From Chitinophaga pinensis (GTDB lineage Bacteria > Bacteroidota > Bacteroidia > NS11-12g > UBA955): a stretch of DNA of 64,000 nt. Each line of letters starts with the position of its first letter. Within the stretch, counting starts at the first letter, position 1. The DNA lies in contig CAMDAF010000001.1 of NCBI GenBank assembly GCA_945888525.1, positions 160,059-224,058 of the forward strand, written 5' to 3'. The position numbers and the translations under genes are program-made. Below are positions 1-9,790 of this stretch, one piece after another. Below the pieces are notes generated by a model. It ran no database searches. It had not been told where the DNA came from and was given only the letters and a program-made list of their open reading frames with translations.

Positions 1-2
1 GT

Positions 3-1481
3 GAAAAATGCATTATAGAGGGGGAGTTTGCCCTCGATCTTAAGCAATATGAATCTGTGTTTTCTGCTTTGGATATTGATTTTGAAGATGTCTGTATCAT
101 AAGGCGCGAAATCAATACCAATGGTAAAACAAGGACTTTCATCAACGATACACCAGTTTCACTTCAGCAACTTCGGTTCTTAAGCGCTTCCTTAGTAAGC
201 ATACATTCTCAACACGAGAATACCCAGTTAAATGATAAACACTTCCAATTTGATTTATTAGATTCATTTGCTGAGATTAATAGCGTTGTACAAACGTATC
301 AATCGGGTTTTGTTCTGTATCGAAAAAATCAAAATGAAATACAGCAATTAAATAGTCAACAAAAGGCTTTGCTTAAAGAAAAAGACTATTTTCAATTTCT
401 TTTAAATGAATTTGAACTGGCTGCTCTTCAAGAAAATGAAGAAGACTTATTGGACAATGAACTTTTGATTTTAAATAATGCTGAACAAGTTTCTCAAGTT
501 ACAAGCCAACTTATAAATACTGTTTCTGATTCAGAGCAATCAATCGTGGATACTTTAAATCAACTTAAATCTAAGTTTAAAGCCATTGAGAATGTGCACG
601 TTTCGGCTTCAGATATTTACACGCGATTGCAATCAAGTATCATTGAATTAAAAGATATAGCATCTGAAGCTGCATCTCTTAAAGAACTGGTGCAAGGGGA
701 TCCAAATCGAATTGAGCTCATCAACGAACGCTTGAATTTAATTCAAACGTTAAAGCGAAAGCATGCTGCAAATGGTTTTAATGATTTGTTTGCAATAAAT
801 GAGTCAATAGCTGATCAATTGTTTAATATTGGTAACATTGATCAGAAATTAGAAATTCTTAACGAAGAAAATGCAAAATTGTTTGCAAAGCTTAAAGGTG
901 AGGCCCAATCGATTCATAAATCTAGGATCAAATCTTCACGATCTTTAAAATCAAATATTGAAACAATTTTGCATGGTTTAGAAATGCCAAATGCTCAAAT
1001 TGAATTTGACATGCATGAATTACCCGATTTAAATGAGTTTGGTTGCACAGAATTAGCGCTTAAATTTACCGCCAATTTAGGAATGCCTCTACAAGCACTA
1101 AATAAAGTGGCTTCAGGAGGTGAGCTTAGTCGCCTTGCATTAAGTATTAGAAATATCGAAGCCAAACACAAACAGCTGAATACCCTTGTTTTTGATGAAA
1201 TTGATACGGGTGTATCTGGAAAAGTTGCAGACACCATCGGTCAAGTATTTCGTCAAATTTCCTCTGCTCATCAGATTATTGCTATTACGCACTTGCCCCA
1301 AGTGGCAGGCTATGGCGATGCACACTTTATGGTTTGCAAAAAAGAAGAAGCAAATACCACAGTTTCTTATTTAAAAGAATTAAATTCCAATGAAAGGGTA
1401 GATGAGTTGGCTAAAATGCTTAGCGGTAATGAAGCCACTGAAATCGCCAAACAAAATGCCCTTGAATTGTTAAAAGTATAA
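3..1481 (+). CDS. recN: DNA repair protein RecN, C-terminal ~490 aa; the N-terminus lies upstream of the window
   Basis: Long coiled-coil region followed by an SMC/RecN-type C-terminal ABC signature (LSGGE...) and D-loop (LVFDEIDTGVSG); the reading frame is open to the window edge. Confidence 0.8.
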   Translation, partial: EKCIIEGEFALDLKQYESVFSALDIDFEDVCIIRREINTNGKTRTFINDTPVSLQQLRFLSASLVSIHSQHENTQLNDKHFQFDLLDSFAEINSVVQTYQSGFVLYRKNQNEIQQLNSQQKALLKEKDYFQFLLNEFELAALQENEEDLLDNELLILNNAEQVSQVTSQLINTVSDSEQSIVDTLNQLKSKFKAIENVHVSASDIYTRLQSSIIELKDIASEAASLKELVQGDPNRIELINERLNLIQTLKRKHAANGFNDLFAINESIADQLFNIGNIDQKLEILNEENAKLFAKLKGEAQSIHKSRIKSSRSLKSNIETILHGLEMPNAQIEFDMHELPDLNEFGCTELALKFTANLGMPLQALNKVASGGELSRLALSIRNIEAKHKQLNTLVFDEIDTGVSGKVADTIGQVFRQISSAHQIIAITHLPQVAGYGDAHFMVCKKEEANTTVSYLKELNSNERVDELAKMLSGNEATEIAKQNALELLKV

Positions 1482-1482
1482 T

Positions 1483-1647
1483 ATGTTAGCAACCATACTT
1501 TCCGCATTATTTGTAATCGCTATAGCATTTGCTTATTACAAAGACTACAAAGACCATTTAAAGATTTGGGGTAAGAAGGAATACAAATTATATTTACTTG
1601 TCATTGGCACTATTGTCCTTGTTGTTGTAAAGAAAATATTTTTTTAG
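1483..1647 (+). CDS. Small hypothetical membrane protein, 54 aa with two predicted TM helices; below the 60 aa cutoff of the ORF track
   Basis: The ATG lies 2 nt after the recN stop. Translation MLATILSALFVIAIAFAYYKDYKDHLKIWGKKEYKLYLLVIGTIVLVVVKKIFF has two hydrophobic segments. Confidence 0.25.
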   Translation: MLATILSALFVIAIAFAYYKDYKDHLKIWGKKEYKLYLLVIGTIVLVVVKKIFF

Positions 1648-1650
1648 GTT

Positions 1651-1887
1651 CTACATTTTACCTTGAGACTCTTTGCGCTTAACGTATAGATAGAAACCTT
1701 CAACTTTAGTCCTTGCCCATGGGGTTTTTCTCAGAAAAGTTAAACTCGATTTAAGACTTGGGTTGGTCCTGAAACAATTGATACTGATTTCATCAGAAAG
1801 TTCTTCCCAGCCAAATTTTTCAACCAGATAAACTAAAATAGTTTCTAAAGTTAAACCGTGTAGTGGATTGTTTTTCTGTGTCTCCAT
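1651..1887 (-). CDS. DUF2132 (VF530-like) small conserved protein
   Basis: 78 aa; PLHGLTLE...LV..FGWEEL...I.INCF...[18 protein letters not shown] motifs are typical of the VF530/DUF2132 family. Confidence 0.55.
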   Translation of the reverse strand: METQKNNPLHGLTLETILVYLVEKFGWEELSDEISINCFRTNPSLKSSLTFLRKTPWARTKVEGFYLYVKRKESQGKM

Positions 1888-1942
1888 TTCAATTTCTTAG
1901 TAAATAGCAAATCTAGGGGTAAATTAAATATATCTCTTAACT

Positions 1943-2650
1943 TTATTCCAGTTGCTTTAAAATTGCTTCTTTAGACATGAATCCATTGTGCGACCACTTT
2001 AAAATTCCATTTTGATACAATTGCAATTCTGGTAAACCTTCAATATTTAAAGATTTTAATAAGGCTTGGTTGTCATCAGCATTGATGCGTATTATTTTTA
2101 ATGTGCTTGCTTGTTCTACTGTTAATTCTTCTAAAAATGGTTTCATTCTTAAACAAGGTTCACACCAGTCGGCATAAAAGTCAATCAATACCAGTTTATC
2201 CGATTGAATTAATTTTTGAAAATCTTCTAGCAAATAACCAGCAGGCATTGTCTTGTTCTCTGTAGTTTCTTCAAGATTTTTAGCCCTCCATTTGATGATA
2301 CCTCCTTCGAGTTCATATACTTCTTTAAATCCATCAGAGCGCATTTTACTCGCTGCACTGCCGCTTCTTCCGCCACTTAAGCAGTAAACAAAAACAGGTT
2401 TGTTTTTATCTAGACCTGAAATCTCAGATTCAAAATTACTGCCGTTCCAATCATAGTTTAGTGCATGTGTTAAATGACCTTTTCTAAATTCATCCGGTGT
2501 TCTAACATCTACAATTTGGGCTAATGTTGTTTCACTGATTTTCTTTGAAAATTCAGTAGGGCTTAAAAGCTCTTTTTGTTGGTTTTTATTGGCTTGATTG
2601 CATGAAGCAAGTGACAATATAGCGACCAGTACAATTGTTATTTTATGCAT
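1943..2650 (-). CDS. Lipoprotein with an N-terminal rhodanese domain fused to a C-terminal thioredoxin domain
   Basis: Signal peptide with lipobox (LASCNQ); rhodanese active-site loop YCLSGGRS; thioredoxin WCEPC (CxxC) motif in the C-terminal half. Confidence 0.7.
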   Translation of the reverse strand: MHKITIVLVAILSLASCNQANKNQQKELLSPTEFSKKISETTLAQIVDVRTPDEFRKGHLTHALNYDWNGSNFESEISGLDKNKPVFVYCLSGGRSGSAASKMRSDGFKEVYELEGGIIKWRAKNLEETTENKTMPAGYLLEDFQKLIQSDKLVLIDFYADWCEPCLRMKPFLEELTVEQASTLKIIRINADDNQALLKSLNIEGLPELQLYQNGILKWSHNGFMSKEAILKQLE

Positions 2651-2674
2651 TTTTGATTTTATACTTTTTGTATT

Positions 2675-2926
2675 TTACTTTACTTCTTCAAAGATAACAT
2701 CTTCAATCTTTTTATCAGATTTTTTCATAGGAGGGGTCTCACAATTTCCACCAAAACAATTTCCATTGGCGCATCCAAAAGCAAACAATCCCATAGAAGC
2801 AAAATATACGCCTAAGAGAGTTCCTATGAATTGTTTTGAGATGATTGATTGCACGATAATGGTAATTCCCATTGCCAAATACAATCCTCTTTGAAAGGTC
2901 CAAGCAGTTAAAAGGCGTTTTTTCAT
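2675..2926 (-). CDS. DUF2892 (YgaP C-terminal-like) small membrane protein with a Cys-rich tail
   Basis: 83 aa with two TM helices and a CANGNCFGGNC motif. DUF2892 is the membrane module fused to rhodanese in E. coli YgaP. Confidence 0.5.
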   Translation of the reverse strand: MKKRLLTAWTFQRGLYLAMGITIIVQSIISKQFIGTLLGVYFASMGLFAFGCANGNCFGGNCETPPMKKSDKKIEDVIFEEVK

Positions 2927-2927
2927 T

Positions 2928-3245
2928 TTAATTGATTTTATTTTTTAATCCAATCCAAGAACCACCATTAAATACTTGCTCATAACCATTTGCTTTTAAA
3001 ATGTTTTTGGCTGATGCGCTTCTCATTCCACTTGCGCAGCAGGTGATAATTGGTTTTTGTTTGTCTTTTAATTGGCCAAGGTTTTTACCCAAGGTATCAA
3101 CAGAGATGTTTAACGAGCCTTTTATATGACCTGCTGCAAATTCTCCTTTGCTTCTAACATCCAAAATAATAGCACCTTGTTTTACCAAAGCGGCATAATC
3201 TACCTTAGGACCTAGACCTAATAATTGTTTAATCGTATTTAACAT
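2928..3245 (-). CDS. Single-domain rhodanese-like sulfurtransferase
   Basis: 105 aa; active-site loop CCASGMRS preceded by DVR...EF..GHI.G. Confidence 0.75.
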   Translation of the reverse strand: MLNTIKQLLGLGPKVDYAALVKQGAIILDVRSKGEFAAGHIKGSLNISVDTLGKNLGQLKDKQKPIITCCASGMRSASAKNILKANGYEQVFNGGSWIGLKNKIN

Positions 3246-3253
3246 GACAAGTA

Positions 3254-3517
3254 TTAATTAATGTCCATCCACGAACCACCATTATAACACTCAAGACCTT
3301 GAGCCGTTAAAAATTTTTGTGCCTGTCCACTTCTATTGCCTGATGCACAGCAGAGTATTAATGGTTTTTTTGCTTTTTTTAAGACTTCTATTTGATTAGG
3401 AATGTCTTGAAGCGGAATGTTAATTGACTCGACTACATGACCACCTTGAAATTCTTCTAAAGAGCGCACATCAACAACTGTACATTGCTTGTTTTTTACC
3501 AATTCTTGGATATTCAT
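3254..3517 (-). CDS. Single-domain rhodanese-like sulfurtransferase
   Basis: 87 aa; VVDVRS.EEF..GHV and the CCASGNRS active-site loop; overlaps the upstream gene by 4 nt (ATGA). Confidence 0.75.
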   Translation of the reverse strand: MNIQELVKNKQCTVVDVRSLEEFQGGHVVESINIPLQDIPNQIEVLKKAKKPLILCCASGNRSGQAQKFLTAQGLECYNGGSWMDIN

Positions 3518-3714
3518 TTTTTATTTCTTGATTTAAACATATCTGAAATTAATCCACCCACCAAAGCGCCATAGGCTGAGCTGTTTAATGGCTTTGAAGT
3601 AATAGCGCAAGTACCACTAGCACATCCTACGTAATGGTAGTACAAATATCCAAAGATAGCTCCCAAACCAATGCCAATAAATAACAGTTTATGTGATAGA
3701 AGTTTTTGAATCAT
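3514..3714 (-). CDS. Small membrane protein with a CASGTC motif; first gene of the rhodanese operon
   Basis: 66 aa with two hydrophobic helices and a conserved-looking Cys pair (GCASGTCAITS); translationally coupled to the downstream rhodanese gene. Confidence 0.4.
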   Translation of the reverse strand: MIQKLLSHKLLFIGIGLGAIFGYLYYHYVGCASGTCAITSKPLNSSAYGALVGGLISDMFKSRNKK

Positions 3715-3820
3715 GACTTACAAATAGATTAATTGAGAGGCAAAATTCAAATATTTTCATTTGTGATTCAGTAACTTTTGTTACACAAAGAAAATTTAAC
3801 TTCAATTTTTTATGAAAATA

Positions 3821-4159
3821 TTATCGCTTAGATATTTTGTTGTTGCTAATTAACTTTTGCATGCTGCATTTGAATCGGTCAATTGCTTGATTGCGTTTTG
3901 CTGCATGCTTGGTCTTGCAGGCTTCAACACGCTCACGCCACAGCTTGTAAGAACTGAATTTTAGTTCTTTTTTCATCAGCGACTTAACATCAGATTCTGA
4001 TAAGCCAAATTGCAAGTATATTGCATCAAATGGCGTTCGATCTTCCCAAGCCATTTCGATGATTCTGTCTTTAGATTCTTCGCTTTCCAAGACCAATTTA
4101 ACCTCATCCTCAGTTATTCGGATATGGATTGGCTTTTTCTTTTGAAGCTTTATTGGCAT
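3821..4159 (-). CDS. DUF2805 / TIGR03643-family protein
   Basis: 112 aa; the IIEMAWEDRTPFDAI...FGLSE..V..LM...L....YKLWRERV segment is characteristic of TIGR03643. Confidence 0.5.
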   Translation of the reverse strand: MPIKLQKKKPIHIRITEDEVKLVLESEESKDRIIEMAWEDRTPFDAIYLQFGLSESDVKSLMKKELKFSSYKLWRERVEACKTKHAAKRNQAIDRFKCSMQKLISNNKISKR

Positions 4160-4253
4160 TATTCTAAGAACAATTTTTTACCATAAATGTTTTTTAAAAG
4201 TAAAAAATCATTTCATGGTTTGAATAATCCTTTCTTTCATGTTTTGATTTTTG

Positions 4254-4290
4254 CCATAAAAAAAACATGGTTAATTAAACCATGTTTTCA
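4254..4290 (-). terminator. Rho-independent terminator downstream of pyrG (minus strand)
   Basis: Hairpin aacatggtt/aaccatgtt flanked by an A-run on the plus strand (a U-run on the minus-strand transcript), just 3' of the pyrG stop. Confidence 0.4.
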
Positions 4291-4308
4291 AATATAATTA
4301 CTTATAAA

Positions 4309-5961
<1,653 letters not shown>

Positions 5962-6040
5962 TTAGAATTCAATGAAAAGATGAAGTCTTTTTAGCTTGCA
6001 GATGGAGCAGATAACCGGATGACAAATGTAGGCGTTTTTA

Positions 6041-6796
6041 TTAAATCATCTCAGGATTCATTTTCAAGAAATTGTCAACAGTCAGAAGATCTTCAGGTGT
6101 GTCTATGGCCGGACTGACAAAATTTGTTTCAGTTACATGAATTTTATATCCATTTTCGAGCCACCTTAATTGTTCTAAACTTTCGGCGATTTCCATTTCA
6201 GATGGCTTGAGTTGACTTAGTTCTTTAACCAAATTGGCTCGGAAGGCATAAATGCCAATATGTCTGTAAAAGTGATTTGTGCTTGTCCATTGGTCTTCGG
6301 ATTTACTTCGAATATATGGTATACTATGTCTAGAAAAATACAGGGCCAATCCATTTTTTTGAGTCACAACCTTCACGATGTTTGGATTGAATAACTCAGA
6401 AGAATTTAAAATTGGTTTTTTTAGGGTTGCAATTTCAACCTCTGGGTTTTCAAACGCTTTAACCAAAGCTTCTATCTGACTTGGCAATATAAATGGCTCA
6501 TCGCCTTGCAAGTTAACCACAATATCAAACGGCTCAGTTAATTTTCCTACAACCTCAAAACACCGGTCTGTGCCACTTAGATGCTCTGAGGATGTCATCA
6601 CACTGTCTCCAAATTCTTGAACGTGCTTGTAAATTCTATCATCGTCTGTAGCAACAATTACCTTGGCCTTTAAATTTGTTTTTAAAGCCTGTTCATAGGT
6701 GCGTTTAACCAGAGATTTGCCATGAATATCTACCAATGGTTTGCCTTCAAAACGGCTAGAGCCGAAGCGAGATGGGATAATGATTAAAATATTCAT
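6041..6796 (-). CDS. kdsB: 3-deoxy-manno-octulosonate cytidylyltransferase (CMP-Kdo synthetase)
   Basis: 251 aa; MNILIIIPSRFGSSRFEGKPL N-terminus and overall KdsB-like layout. Confidence 0.85.
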   Translation of the reverse strand: MNILIIIPSRFGSSRFEGKPLVDIHGKSLVKRTYEQALKTNLKAKVIVATDDDRIYKHVQEFGDSVMTSSEHLSGTDRCFEVVGKLTEPFDIVVNLQGDEPFILPSQIEALVKAFENPEVEIATLKKPILNSSELFNPNIVKVVTQKNGLALYFSRHSIPYIRSKSEDQWTSTNHFYRHIGIYAFRANLVKELSQLKPSEMEIAESLEQLRWLENGYKIHVTETNFVSPAIDTPEDLLTVDNFLKMNPEMI

Positions 6797-6810
6797 TTTT
6801 TTACTCTTTA

Positions 6811-9342
6811 TTAAAACGAAACACTCATACCAATCTTGATGCCAAAGCGTCTAACGCCTGGGGTGTTCAATTGTGTTATTCTGTGAACTGCAACTATTTG
6901 CAATACTTTAAAAATATTCTCAATTCCATAAGCAACTTCAACATAAGGATCTCGGTTTATTCTATTGTCAATTGGAGTTACTTCAATGCTTTTGTTGTCC
7001 CATTGTGGAATTAAATCGATGTTCTTTTGACTAATTCCGCCCAAAACAGCGCGCCCTTCACAAAACTCCCTCCACTTTAATTTTTTCATTAAGGGTATAC
7101 GGTTAAAAATTGCACCATTGAAATGATGTTCCATTTTGAAAAATACACTTTTATCTGTTATGAATTCAAAAAAATTCATCAAGTTATAAGAAGATGTACT
7201 GTATACAAAAGATTGGTTACCCCTATGAACCTCCAATAATGGATAGGGAAGTGCTTCGAATATTTTTGTGCCTGACAAAGTAAAATCTGTTCGTCCCCAA
7301 TAGCCAAAACTAAGGCCTTTTTCAATTGTGGCTGTTAAGCGGTTGTAATTAAACCTGCTTCCTAACACGCCTTTTATTCCTCTGGTATAGTTGACAGACA
7401 ATGCAAGTCCTCCTGGTTTTGATTGTCTTACCCTTTCGTTGTCATTTTGTAGATAATATTCTTTTGGTGCCCAGCGCAAACTAAAGGTTGCTGTGGCATT
7501 GGTAAAATTGCTCGATTTATTTAGGGTATCTGATGGGGTATCAAAATAGGCGAAATTGAATTTATTAACAGGCGCAAATTGATATTCTTTGTGCATCAAC
7601 ACAATCTTTGCGTTCCAGCCTTTGGTAAACTCGCTGTTAAACCAAAGCTTAGATTCTTGTGTTCGGTTCAATTGACTTGCGGCGAATACTGAAACGGCCG
7701 TAAACAAATTGCTCGATCCATAATAGTCGTCGGTTACACCTATCTGTTCAACATCTTTTTTGTACGACAACCCCAGCATAGTCCAATGTTTTCGACTTAA
7801 TACCTGCTCAGCCTGAGCCTTGTATTTAAATTGTCTATCGCCAAAACCATAGGCTCCATATCCACTTAAAATGAAGCGTTTGCTGAAACTGAAATTTGTT
7901 TTTGCACCTATTCGTACTCGATTCCCCTCTATTGCATTTCGTCCGTAAACTAAGGCATAAGGACCAAAATCTATTTTACCAAAGGTCTTGTAACCATTAA
8001 ATATAATATTGATAAATTCAACATAGTTTTTAATGACTTTGACATTGGTCAAGGTATCAATCATTGCAATAACCCTTTTCTCATCATCTGATAATTCTTC
8101 ATGCCTGGCACTATCCCAATAGGCATCAGATTTTTGTGTTGCATCCTCTTTTAGTGTGATAGGATAATCGAAAAATTTCCTGGTTTTTTCAGAGTTAACT
8201 AAAATCCTTTCATACGAATTGCTGAACATTGCAATCATTCCAGCTGACTTTTTTGATATTTCTGCTATGTCAATCAAAATTCTTGTTTTAACTGGCATGT
8301 AAGCGCCGCTGCTTGTAGGCTCAAGCACTTGGGTGATTTTAAGTTTTTCAACAAAATTCAAATTGGCCTTGTTGGTGATGCTTAGTGTCAAAGACCGCAA
8401 TGCAAATGTTGAATCTTCAATCCATATATAGCCGGTGAATACCAAATCTAGAGGGTTTTTAGGGGTTACTTCTATTTGGTATATTTTCTTGTTGCTGCCT
8501 TCAGGGTAATTAGACCCAACCAACTTAAAATTATAATAAGTTAATGATGATTTGCTAATTGGCGAGATGAAACTTTTTTCAAGTATTGGCAAAATATTAT
8601 CGTTGAAATTATATTGCTGAAATGTTGAGCCCAATAACTGAGATAAGAAGGTCCCATCCTCTACGCCAACCCCTTTTACCCTAGATGCAACGATTACTTC
8701 CTTAATTTGTTTGGGGTTTTTATTGAAATAAAAATTACTTAAATTCTCGGATAAAAATATTGGTAAAACCAATTTGTTCTTGTCCTCGCTTAAATAAGAA
8801 AGGGTGTCAAATAAGCCTTCAACACTTTTTAACAAGCGTTTGTTTTTGAGTTCTTCCGAAACATTGTTGACAGCAATTTGAATTTTAGTAAAACTTTCGC
8901 ATTCGAATGAATTCAATTTTTCAATATTGTATAAGATCTTATTGCCTTGTGCTTTTTCTATTAACTTAATTGCTCTGTTAACTTTGTTTACCGTCTTCAC
9001 ACCAATTAAGGTGGTCTCCTTCGCATTCATTTTAATTTGAACCACTTGAGTAATGCCTTGGCTGACTTTTATTTTCTGAGTTTCGTACCCAACATAAGAA
9101 ACAATTAAAGTGTCTGAATTGCTTCTGGTTTTGGCTGTAAAAGTACCTTCAAAACTACTGACACATCGGTCTTCTGTGCCGGCAAAAACCATCATAGCTC
9201 CCGTGATAACCTCGTTTGTTTTAAGATCAATTATTTTCCCTTTTACAACTGTCAATTCTTGTGCTCTAAGAATTGAGCTCAAAATTAACAGCAAGCAAGT
9301 CAGTAGTAAACGCATCGAATGCAAATGTAGACTATATTGCAA
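6811..9342 (-). CDS. Outer-membrane-type protein: carboxypeptidase regulatory-like domain followed by a DUF5686-like beta-rich domain
   Basis: 843 aa; signal peptide, N-terminal VKGKIID..T.E...A...FAG CarbopepD_reg-like segment, long Tyr/Gly/Asn-rich beta region ending in an aromatic residue. Confidence 0.5.
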   Translation of the reverse strand: MQYSLHLHSMRLLLTCLLLILSSILRAQELTVVKGKIIDLKTNEVITGAMMVFAGTEDRCVSSFEGTFTAKTRSNSDTLIVSYVGYETQKIKVSQGITQVVQIKMNAKETTLIGVKTVNKVNRAIKLIEKAQGNKILYNIEKLNSFECESFTKIQIAVNNVSEELKNKRLLKSVEGLFDTLSYLSEDKNKLVLPIFLSENLSNFYFNKNPKQIKEVIVASRVKGVGVEDGTFLSQLLGSTFQQYNFNDNILPILEKSFISPISKSSLTYYNFKLVGSNYPEGSNKKIYQIEVTPKNPLDLVFTGYIWIEDSTFALRSLTLSITNKANLNFVEKLKITQVLEPTSSGAYMPVKTRILIDIAEISKKSAGMIAMFSNSYERILVNSEKTRKFFDYPITLKEDATQKSDAYWDSARHEELSDDEKRVIAMIDTLTNVKVIKNYVEFINIIFNGYKTFGKIDFGPYALVYGRNAIEGNRVRIGAKTNFSFSKRFILSGYGAYGFGDRQFKYKAQAEQVLSRKHWTMLGLSYKKDVEQIGVTDDYYGSSNLFTAVSVFAASQLNRTQESKLWFNSEFTKGWNAKIVLMHKEYQFAPVNKFNFAYFDTPSDTLNKSSNFTNATATFSLRWAPKEYYLQNDNERVRQSKPGGLALSVNYTRGIKGVLGSRFNYNRLTATIEKGLSFGYWGRTDFTLSGTKIFEALPYPLLEVHRGNQSFVYSTSSYNLMNFFEFITDKSVFFKMEHHFNGAIFNRIPLMKKLKWREFCEGRAVLGGISQKNIDLIPQWDNKSIEVTPIDNRINRDPYVEVAYGIENIFKVLQIVAVHRITQLNTPGVRRFGIKIGMSVSF

Positions 9343-9475
9343 TATTATTAAGTGGCGAAATATTTAAAAATCATCCCCAAAATGTTGATAATCCTCAATA
9401 GGTGTTTGTTTTGTGCTGACATGCATGTGTAAAAATATCAAGCTAGATATTGTTTAAAAAAAAATGAACAAAAAT

Positions 9476-9505
9476 ATTTTTTGTTTAGTTTTTATTATAT
9501 ATTTG
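9476..9505 (+). promoter_or_regulatory. Putative Bacteroidota sigma-A promoter upstream of the cobalamin riboswitch
   Basis: An exact TAnnTTTG -7 element (tatatttg, 9498-9505) with a T-rich upstream region containing TTTG. Confidence 0.3.
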
Positions 9506-9730
9506 CCTCCGGTAACGGTTCCAAATTTTAAGTAATTAAAATTGGATTAAAAGGGAACAAGGGTGAAAATCCCTGACATTTCCCGATGCTGTATGTTTCT
9601 GTATTTTAGGATACAATTTCCGATTAAACACCACTGTCTATTTTGATGGGAAGGTTCGGAAATCATGAAACGAGTCAGAAGACCTGCCTTGCCAATCATG
9701 TTTCATGGCTTTCGGAGAAAAGGCCTGAGG
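9505..9730 (+). promoter_or_regulatory. Cobalamin (B12) riboswitch, with probable expression platform, in the 5' leader of the btuB-like gene
   Basis: Conserved aptamer elements are present: aaagggaacaagggtgaaaatccc, gctgta, the B12 box caccactgt...gggaaggttcgg and gtcagaagacctgcc. A downstream complementary pair atcatgaaac/gtttcatg is consistent with a sequestering helix. Confidence 0.85.
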
Positions 9731-9790
9731 TGTATCAATACTAAGCCATTGTGCATTTCTGTTTTTCCGCTGCTGTGCGCATTTTGACCA

